Part shown: positions 57,169-64,000 of the stretch, in pieces | Layout of the letters: each line of letters begins with the position of its first letter | Numbering within the stretch: position 1 is the stretch's first letter | Assembly: GCA_963978095.1 (NCBI GenBank) | Contig: CAXBQP010000004.1 | Coordinates: 1-64,000, forward strand | Source of the DNA: an uncultured bacterium | GTDB taxonomy: Bacteria; Gemmatimonadota; Gemmatimonadetes; Gemmatimonadales; Gemmatimonadaceae | Direction: 5' to 3' | DNA length: 64,000 nucleotides | Notes under the pieces: model-generated | Told to the model about the DNA's origin: nothing | Databases searched by the model: none | Seen by the model: only the letters and a program-made list of their open reading frames with translations | Program-made: the position numbers and the translations under genes

Positions 57169-57830
57169 GCGGGGATGGTGCCGGCGGCCGGTGACACCGG
57201 GCGCAGGGCGTGGAGGACGAAATCCATGATGTCGTGCAGGATCTGCTCGCGCGGTTTGGCGCGCATGGCGGGACTGTGCGAGTGCGCGCCGCACCAGATG
57301 ACGTGGGTGATGAGGATGCCTTTGATCATCATCACCGCGGCATCGGCGTCCGTGGGGCGGAACTCGCCCGCAGCGATTCCCCGCTCGATGATGCCGATCA
57401 GGGCCGCGTTGGATTGATTGATGACTTCGTCGCGGTAGAACTGCGCGAGGTCCGGGAACTTGTGGAGCTCCAGGAGTGCGAGCCGGACCCATCCTTCGGC
57501 GTCATCGCGGTCCATGTAGCGCCAGTAGTGCGCGAGGTACCCCTGGAGGGCGACCGTCGCCGACTCGGCGGTGACGCCTTCGTCGGCATGGGCGAGCAAG
57601 GGGACCACCTTTTGCCGGACGACTTCGCGGAAGAGTTCTTCCTTGCTCGGGAAATAGAGGTAGATGGTGCCTTTGCTGACGCCGGCGAGGGAGGCGATTT
57701 CCTCGAGCTTTGCGGCGGCGATACCGCGGTCGGTGAACACGGTGACGGCCGCGTCGAGGATTTGTCCGGGACGTTCCTCAGGAATTCGCCGGAACTTTGT
57801 GGGTTCGAGGGTACCAGCGTCGTCGGTCAT
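57165..57830 (-). CDS. TetR/AcrR family transcriptional regulator
   Basis: IASLAGVSKGTIYLYFPSKEELF helix-turn-helix. Confidence 0.95.
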   Translation of the reverse strand: MTDDAGTLEPTKFRRIPEERPGQILDAAVTVFTDRGIAAAKLEEIASLAGVSKGTIYLYFPSKEELFREVVRQKVVPLLAHADEGVTAESATVALQGYLAHYWRYMDRDDAEGWVRLALLELHKFPDLAQFYRDEVINQSNAALIGIIERGIAAGEFRPTDADAAVMMIKGILITHVIWCGAHSHSPAMRAKPREQILHDIMDFVLHALRPVSPAAGTIPA

Positions 57831-57833
57831 AGA

Positions 57834-57909
57834 TAACTGAACGGTCAGTCAGGTATTGGCGAAAGAAAGGGCGGCCGAGGCCGCCTTCTAATAACTAACC
57901 AGATAGTCA
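57834..57909. promoter_or_regulatory. Two related 18-bp imperfect palindromes, putative TetR operators
   Basis: TAACTGAACGGTCAGTCA (57834-57851) and TAACTAACCAGATAGTCA (57892-57909); minus-strand TTGACT at 57919-57914. Confidence 0.65.
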
Positions 57910-57936
57910 GTAAAGTCAACCGGCTCGGGCGCTTCG

Positions 57937-58152
57937 TCAGCCGCCAGCGCCCGGCGTGCAGGAGCCGCCCCGGTCCGGCGCGTGGGATGCGGCGCCGACC
58001 ACCGGTCGGATGGGCGCTTCATCCAGCATCGCGCGCAGGGCAGGGGTCGTGAGGTCGTCGAACTGGCCGTTCCGCGACGACCAGGTGTAGGCCCCAACCG
58101 CGCCCGCGGCAAGTGCGAGGGCGACGGGGACCAGTACGTAGAGGACGCTCAT
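57937..58152 (-). CDS. ccoS: cbb3-type oxidase maturation protein
   Basis: MSVLYVLVPVAL...WSSRNGQFDDL. Confidence 0.9.
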   Translation of the reverse strand: MSVLYVLVPVALALAAGAVGAYTWSSRNGQFDDLTTPALRAMLDEAPIRPVVGAASHAPDRGGSCTPGAGG

Positions 58153-60578
58153 GCGAAGGACTCCGGAAAGGTGCGGCCGCGCCAGGCCGCGATCACAACA
58201 CTGAGCGAGCTGGCCGGCATGACGATCGCCGCGATGAGCGGATCCATCGTCCCGGTGAAGGCGAGTGCCGCGCCCGCCACATTGTAGACCAATGAGAAGC
58301 CGATGGCGAGGCGAATCAGCGCGACCGTCCGGCGTGCTCCCGTCTCGAGCTCCACCAAGGTGCCAATCCCCCCGCGCGCGAGAAACACGTCCGAGGCGGC
58401 GAGGCAGGCCTCCGCGCCGCCGCGCACCCCGATGCCGACCGTCGCCGACGCGATCGCGGCCGCATCGTTGACGCCGTCACCGACCATCACCACCGGGCCT
58501 TCCAGCAGGGCGTGGACGACCGTCGCGCGTTTGGCCTCCGGGGAAGCGCCTCCGCGACAGTCGTGCGCGGCGATTCCCAGCGTGCGTCCCACGGCCGCCA
58601 CGACGCGGGGGTCGTCGCCGGAGAGAATGCCAAGGCGCCAGCCGCGGGCACGGAGGGCCCGCACGGCCGCGCCAGCTTCGGGGCGGATGGGATCGCCGAA
58701 GCCCATGCGCGCGACGACGATACCATCCACGGCCACGAGCACCGGCGTGAGCGCCTCGTCGAGCGGCGCGAAGGTCTCGCGCACGCCGGTCGTCTGATCG
58801 AGCACCCACGCCGGTTTCCCGACGTGGACGTCGTGTCCCCCTACGCGACCGCGGATTCCCCCCCCGATGTACTCGTGGACCTGTTCGGCGTCGGCACGCT
58901 CGCCCGGCATGGCGCGGAGCACGGCCGCGGCCACGGGATGTCGCGAATGTTGCTCGAGTGCGGCGACCAGCGGGCGCACCGACGCTTCGCCGTCCCACTG
59001 CTCGAGTTCGAGCCGGCCGGTGGTGAGGGTGCCGGTCTTGTCGAGCAGCAGCAGGCCGGGCGTGGCGAGGCGTTCCAGGGCATCGCCGCCCTTGATCAGG
59101 ATGCCGCGCCGCGCGGCGCGCCCGATGGCGACGGTGATGGCCATCGGGGTCGCGAGCGCCAGCGCACAGGGGCAGGTGACGACGAGCATGGCGATCGCAT
59201 TGTCGAGCGCGCGCGAGGGGTCGCGCCCCATCCACGTCCAGTACGTGGCGACCGCGGCCACGAGCACGGCGGCGATGAACCCGCCGGCCATCCGGTCCGC
59301 CATCCTCACAACAGGGGCGCGTCGGCGCGCGCTCTCCTCGACGTCCTTGAGCAACTGCCCGATCCGGCTCGATTCACCGGACCGCGTCACCGTGACACGC
59401 AGTGGAGCGCTGACATTCACCGTGCCCCCGAACACCGGTGTCCCCTCGGCGACGCTCACGGGACGCGACTCGCCGGTGAGGAGCGACAGGTCGATCGCGG
59501 AACGGCCGCGGGTGATGATGCCGTCGGCGGCAAAGGTGTCGCCGGCGCGCACCTCGAGCAGCGCACCGGGGAGCACGGCTTCCGTCGGGACCTCGCGCAC
59601 GGTGCCGTCGTCGTGCACCACCCGCGCGGTGTTCGGCGCGAGCGAGAACAGCAGTTCGGCCGAGTCGGCGGCGGCACGTTGCGCCCGCTGCTGGAGGAAG
59701 CGCCCGACGAGCAGCAGGAAGATCAGCGTCGCGACGCCGTCGAAATAGACCGGGCCGGTGTCCGTGAAGGTGTTGACGGCGCCGCGCAGATATCCGGCCG
59801 CGATCGCGACGGCGATCGGCACGTCCATGTGCAGCGCGCGATGCCGCAGCGCCCCCCACGCACTCTTGAAGAAGACGCGCCCGGGCCAGAGCATGGCGGG
59901 TGTGGTGAGCAGGAAGCTCCACCAGCGGAAATAGCGCTCAAACTCGGGGTCGATGCCGCCGAACCAGCCGGCATAGATCGCGAGCGCGATCATCATGACG
60001 TTGCCGGCGATGGCCCCGGCGATGCCGATGTTCACCAGCGATGCACGGTCCTCGCGCCGCCGCCGCTCATCGGCGCGTGCGCCTCGGAACGGATGCGCGA
60101 CGTAGCCCAGCGTATCGAGGAACCGTGCGATGGCCGACAACGGCGTGCGGCCGCGATCCCAGCGCACGCGGCATCGCGAGCGTCCGATGTCGAGTTCGGC
60201 CGACACGACGCCCGGGATGGCGAGCGGGACTTTCTCCACGAGCCAGACGCAGGAGGCGCAGTGGACGCCGTCCACATAGAGGTCGCACTCCGACAGACCG
60301 TCGTCTCCCTCCTGGACGTAGATCGCGCGGAACGCGTCGTGATCGAATTCCTCGTAGCCGCGTCCACTCGCGGTGACGGGGCGATCACGACGTTCCGCGA
60401 AGGCGTAGTAGTCGTCGAGTCCGTGTTCGTTGATGATCGCGTAGGCGGTGCGGCATGCGGAGCAGCAGAACTGCCGGTCGGCGCCCGCGGCGATCAGGCC
60501 GGCGGGAACCGGGAGCGTGCAGTGGGTGCAGCGCATCCCCTGCGCGGTGCCCACGACCTCGGGCTTAGTGGCCGTCAT
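58149..60578 (-). CDS. ccoI: Copper-translocating P1B ATPase (CcoI/FixI)
   Basis: CTHC...CCSAC, HMA CASC, TGES, CPC, DKTGT, GDGVND, YN, MxxSS. Confidence 0.93.
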   Translation of the reverse strand: MTATKPEVVGTAQGMRCTHCTLPVPAGLIAAGADRQFCCSACRTAYAIINEHGLDDYYAFAERRDRPVTASGRGYEEFDHDAFRAIYVQEGDDGLSECDLYVDGVHCASCVWLVEKVPLAIPGVVSAELDIGRSRCRVRWDRGRTPLSAIARFLDTLGYVAHPFRGARADERRRREDRASLVNIGIAGAIAGNVMMIALAIYAGWFGGIDPEFERYFRWWSFLLTTPAMLWPGRVFFKSAWGALRHRALHMDVPIAVAIAAGYLRGAVNTFTDTGPVYFDGVATLIFLLLVGRFLQQRAQRAAADSAELLFSLAPNTARVVHDDGTVREVPTEAVLPGALLEVRAGDTFAADGIITRGRSAIDLSLLTGESRPVSVAEGTPVFGGTVNVSAPLRVTVTRSGESSRIGQLLKDVEESARRRAPVVRMADRMAGGFIAAVLVAAVATYWTWMGRDPSRALDNAIAMLVVTCPCALALATPMAITVAIGRAARRGILIKGGDALERLATPGLLLLDKTGTLTTGRLELEQWDGEASVRPLVAALEQHSRHPVAAAVLRAMPGERADAEQVHEYIGGGIRGRVGGHDVHVGKPAWVLDQTTGVRETFAPLDEALTPVLVAVDGIVVARMGFGDPIRPEAGAAVRALRARGWRLGILSGDDPRVVAAVGRTLGIAAHDCRGGASPEAKRATVVHALLEGPVVMVGDGVNDAAAIASATVGIGVRGGAEACLAASDVFLARGGIGTLVELETGARRTVALIRLAIGFSLVYNVAGAALAFTGTMDPLIAAIVMPASSLSVVIAAWRGRTFPESFA

Positions 60579-61257
60579 GGTGCATCGCGGCGATGGGATG
60601 TGCGGTGCTCTGGAATTTTCCGGAGATCGTCAGCACGCCGATGAGGACCAGTGCGGTCGCCGTGATCGCCGGGAGGCGCCGTGCCACGGGGCCGAGTGCG
60701 CGTTGTACACCGGCACCCAAGGCGGCCATGGCGGGAAGGGTGCCGGTCCAGAACGCGGCCATCACGAGCATCCCGGCAGTCGGGGCACCCGTGGCAGCGG
60801 CGGTGGCGACGAAGGCATACAGCCAGCCGCACGGCAGCAGTGGCGTGAGCGCGCCGAGTGTGGCGGCACGGACGACGGGTGGGCGCTCGCGGAGCGCGCG
60901 GGTCACGCGCGTGAGCAGCCGCGTCGCAGCGGAAGGCATCGTGAGCGCCGGGACGCGGATGCCCATGGCCGCGCCCGCGGTCGCCGAGCCCCAGAGGACC
61001 ATGAGCGAGCCCGCGACGATCGCCGCGGGCCGTTGGAGTCCGACGAGCGTTCCCGCGGCATCGAACCCCGCACCGGCTGCCCCGGCGAGCGCGCCGAGCA
61101 GGAGGTACACGAGTCCGCGCGCGCCGTTGTAGGTGAGCAGGGGGCGTACGCCGCCACGGCTGCCCGCCGCGAACCCCGCGATGCCGCCGCACATGGCGGC
61201 ACAGTGCGCACTCCCGAGGAACGCCGCGGCGAAGACCGAACCAACGAGTCCGATCAC
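60565..61257 (-). CDS. DsbD_2 / TauE-SafE-like membrane protein of the cbb3 assembly cluster
   Basis: GSAHCAAMCGG, YNGAR, LLPCGWLY, FWTGTLP. Confidence 0.88.
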   Translation of the reverse strand: MIGLVGSVFAAAFLGSAHCAAMCGGIAGFAAGSRGGVRPLLTYNGARGLVYLLLGALAGAAGAGFDAAGTLVGLQRPAAIVAGSLMVLWGSATAGAAMGIRVPALTMPSAATRLLTRVTRALRERPPVVRAATLGALTPLLPCGWLYAFVATAAATGAPTAGMLVMAAFWTGTLPAMAALGAGVQRALGPVARRLPAITATALVLIGVLTISGKFQSTAHPIAAMHHDGH

Positions 61258-61751
61258 TTCGTGCTGATGCCGGTTGCCGTGGCGGCCGCGTCGACGCGCA
61301 GCGACGGCGTGAACCGCTCACGGCCTCGCAGGGCCTCGACCCGGAGTTCCCACAGCCCGGCGCGCATCAGGGGCATCGACGCCACGAAACGGCCATCCGT
61401 GCCTGCGCGAAGCGACTGCGAGACCTGATGGTCGCCCTCGAGATTATGAATCGCGGTCACGCGCACGCGGGCATCGGTGATGGGGTGCGCGTTGCCGTCC
61501 GTCAGCGTGAGGGCGACTTCACGCGTGCCATCCACGAGTGGGCCCACGGAGGCGTGCGCGGTCCACCCCAGCGCGAGGTTCGCGCGTTGCTGCTGGATCA
61601 CCGTATCGAACGCGACGGCTCGTTTGTAGTAATCCGGTTCGAGCGCGAAGGTGCTGTCGTGCGTCGCGGCGTACAGCATGACGCCCTGTCCGCCGGCTGT
61701 GGCGACCAGGAGGACGCCGATGAACCACGGCCAATACCATCCTTTCTTCAT
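61254..61751 (-). CDS. ccoH: FixH/CcoH family protein
   Basis: N-terminal TM (WYWP), DYYKR, GLWELRV; position in the cco cluster. Confidence 0.8.
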   Translation of the reverse strand: MKKGWYWPWFIGVLLVATAGGQGVMLYAATHDSTFALEPDYYKRAVAFDTVIQQQRANLALGWTAHASVGPLVDGTREVALTLTDGNAHPITDARVRVTAIHNLEGDHQVSQSLRAGTDGRFVASMPLMRAGLWELRVEALRGRERFTPSLRVDAAATATGISTK

Positions 61752-63169
61752 GGCTTTTCCTCCTCGTGTTTCGGGGCGCCGCGCTCGGACGGGCCGAGCA
61801 AGCGCCACGGGCGCTCGAAGGCGAGTCGCCGGCCGTCGGTGACGCTGACGGTGATGCGCCGTTCCCCACGCGTGAAGACGGAAGCCGGCGAGATGATGAA
61901 GAGACTCGTGGTGGCGTTCTGACCCTCGGCGACCGTGAGCGGAAGCTCCGGCGCGATGATTGTCGCGCCCGGATCATCGGCGATCGAGACCCGGTAGGTC
62001 TGGGGCGCGCTCGTCCGGTTCGCGATCTTCACCCGGAGCTGGTTCGTGACGGTGCCGTCCGCGTTCGCCGTGAAGGGAGTGCCTCCCACTTCACCCAGCA
62101 GCGTGACGTCGGCCGTCGGTCGGTGCGTGAGCGTGTACAGGAAGCCGCCGAAGAAGAGCAGGAAGGCGGCCGGATAGATGATGGTGCGAGGCCGCACGAT
62201 GTGTCGTGCCCGGCCGGACAGGATCTCGCGCGAGGTGTAGCGGATCAGCCCCGTCGGTCGCTCGAGCCGCGTCATCACCGTGTCGCAGGCGTCGGCGCAT
62301 TGGGTGCAGTGGATGCACTCCATCTGCAGGCCATCCCGGATGTCGATCCCGGTGGGGCAGGTGAGCACGCAGGCGTTGCAGTCGACGCAGTCGCCACCAC
62401 GCGCTACGGCGGCATTGTCCTTCGGTTTTCCCCGCGGCTCGCCGCGGTTCACATCGTAGGCGACGATGAGCGACGATTGGTCGAGCAGCACCGACTGCCA
62501 GCGTCCATAGGGGCAGGCGACCAGGCAGGTCTGTTCGCGGAACCAGGTGAAGTCGAGGAAGACGAGCAAGGTCGTCACCGCCATCACCACGAACGGCGTC
62601 GGGTGATCGTACGGCGACTGTCGCATCCACCCGGCGAGCGTGGCGGTGCCGACGAAGTAGGCGAGGAACGTGTTGGCCAGCAGCGCGGCGAGGACGGCGT
62701 AGAGCGCGTACTTGACGATGCGCCCGGTGTGGAAATGCCGGTGGTGCGTGTCGAGCTGCCGGGATCCGGCCCATCCACCTTCGAGCACGCGCTCGAGCGG
62801 TCGGAAGACGAACTCCATCCAGATGGTCTGCGGGCATCCCCAGCCGCACCAGACGCGGCCGAAGAGCGCGGTGAGCAGGAAGATGAAGAGCAGGATGCTG
62901 ACGCCCAGGAGCATCAGCAACAGCGTGTCGGTGGGGAGGAACGTCGTGCCGAAGAGGGTGAACTCGCGCCGTGGCAGGTCAAGCAACATCAGCGGCTTCC
63001 CGTGGAACCGGAGATGCGGGATGCCGAGATACAGCGCGATCAGGGCATAGGCGACCGCCCGGCGCTGCCTCCAATGCGCACCGTGCGACGGCTTCGGACG
63101 GATCCACCGGCGGGATCCGTCCGCGTTCAGCGTCGCAAGGACGCGCCCCGAGGCAACAGGCGCGGTCAC
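61748..63169 (-). CDS. ccoG: Cytochrome c oxidase accessory protein CcoG/FixG
   Basis: GRVWCGWGCPQT, REQTCLVACPYGR, CVDCNACVLTCP, CIHCTQCADAC. Confidence 0.95.
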   Translation of the reverse strand: MTAPVASGRVLATLNADGSRRWIRPKPSHGAHWRQRRAVAYALIALYLGIPHLRFHGKPLMLLDLPRREFTLFGTTFLPTDTLLLMLLGVSILLFIFLLTALFGRVWCGWGCPQTIWMEFVFRPLERVLEGGWAGSRQLDTHHRHFHTGRIVKYALYAVLAALLANTFLAYFVGTATLAGWMRQSPYDHPTPFVVMAVTTLLVFLDFTWFREQTCLVACPYGRWQSVLLDQSSLIVAYDVNRGEPRGKPKDNAAVARGGDCVDCNACVLTCPTGIDIRDGLQMECIHCTQCADACDTVMTRLERPTGLIRYTSREILSGRARHIVRPRTIIYPAAFLLFFGGFLYTLTHRPTADVTLLGEVGGTPFTANADGTVTNQLRVKIANRTSAPQTYRVSIADDPGATIIAPELPLTVAEGQNATTSLFIISPASVFTRGERRITVSVTDGRRLAFERPWRLLGPSERGAPKHEEEKP

Positions 63170-63738
63170 TTCTTGGCGACGTCCACTGTCACGAGGACAC
63201 CGTCGGGTGCCTTCGGGTTGGCGGGGTTGGAGCCGCGCAGCGAGATCACGTACGCCATGACGTCATTGATCTGCTCGGGCTTGAGCATCTTGCCCCAGGG
63301 GGGCATCCCCTTGGCGAGGACGCCTTCCGTGATGGTGGTATGGATCTCGAGCGGTGTGCCGCCGTGGATCCAATAGTCGTCGGTGAGGTTCGGGCCGATC
63401 TGTCCGCCGCCATCGGCGCGATGGCAGGCGACGCAGTTGGCCATGAACACCACTTTCCCCGCCGCGACAGCGTCCGGCTTGCCGACGAACACGGCCAGCT
63501 GCTCGGTGGTCATCTTCGGCGCGTCCGGGTGTGCCGCCTTGTAGGCGGCGATCTCCGAGTCGTACATCTCGGCCTTCGTGACGTTGCCCATGTCGTTCGG
63601 CAACAGGTAGTACACCGGCACGAAGATGATCGTGAGCGCGAAGAGCAGGAGCCACCAGCGCGGCATCGGATTGTCGAACTCCTGGATGCCGTCATACTCG
63701 TGGTCCATCAGTGGGCGATCGTCGCCAGCTCTGGTCAT
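63166..63738 (-). CDS. ccoP: cbb3-type oxidase subunit III (mono-heme CcoP)
   Basis: HEYDGIQEFDNPMPRWW, a single CVACH, GPNLTD, GMPPW. Confidence 0.92.
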   Translation of the reverse strand: MTRAGDDRPLMDHEYDGIQEFDNPMPRWWLLLFALTIIFVPVYYLLPNDMGNVTKAEMYDSEIAAYKAAHPDAPKMTTEQLAVFVGKPDAVAAGKVVFMANCVACHRADGGGQIGPNLTDDYWIHGGTPLEIHTTITEGVLAKGMPPWGKMLKPEQINDVMAYVISLRGSNPANPKAPDGVLVTVDVAKK

Positions 63739-63748
63739 GTGACGGGCC

Positions 63749-63973
63749 TCAGGCGTGCTGTGGCGGGCGCGCCGCCGGCGAGGCGGGCGAGCGTCCGGCA
63801 ATGGGCGTGAGATCGTCGAGTGGCATCCGTCCGTCCGCTTCGTACTCGGCGTCTCGTGACGGAGCCATCAACGGGATGAGGATCAGCAGGAAGGCGAAGA
63901 CGAAGAGCACGAGGGCAACGATCGCGTAACCGGAGAGCCCCGAGGCGCCCACGACATCGGCGAGGGATTTCAT
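63749..63973 (-). CDS. ccoQ: cbb3-type oxidase small subunit CcoQ
   Basis: One TM helix followed by MPLDD; directly upstream of ccoP. Confidence 0.75.
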   Translation of the reverse strand: MKSLADVVGASGLSGYAIVALVLFVFAFLLILIPLMAPSRDAEYEADGRMPLDDLTPIAGRSPASPAARPPQHA

Positions 63974-63974
63974 G

Positions 63975-64000
63975 CTAGTTCCCCCCGCGCGGCGCGCCGA
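63975..64000 (-). CDS. Probable 3' end of ccoO or fused ccoNO (truncated by the window)
   Basis: TAG 1 nt before the ccoQ ATG; identity inferred from operon order only. Confidence 0.35.

Overview
High-GC bacterial chromosomal segment with about 57 densely packed genes. Gene content and style (Hanks kinases, many secreted peptidases, Gly/Arg-rich exported proteins) suggest Gemmatimonadota, which is an inference. I saw no rRNA, tRNA, CRISPR array, integrase or transposase. Housekeeping genes: partial sucB, gyrA, leuS, dacB. Respiration: a caa3-type oxidase operon (ctaCDEF) and the distal part of a cbb3 oxidase/maturation operon (ccoQP-G-H-DsbD2-I-S). Envelope and efflux: ECF sigma/anti-sigma/Spy-like/TolC/MFP/MacB-type permease with no ATPase, and TetR-TolC-EmrAB. 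Ion handling: Kup, an RCK channel and a ferritin-like-VIT1 fusion. There are also many peptide and amino-acid catabolic enzymes. The best candidate for novelty is a cyclic-nucleotide-binding-domain/aspartate ammonia-lyase fusion coupled to an unknown helical protein, next to a GT4/deacetylase pair and a Tat-exported Ntn-asparaginase. Other leads: a K+ channel homolog with a TTTGLKE filter, a barrel-less TonB-plug protein, a TPR-S9 peptidase fusion, a SET-domain protein, a repeat-flanked insert in the efflux adaptor, and perfect hairpins recurring just after -10-like boxes. All calls come from reading motifs by eye; no database searches were run.
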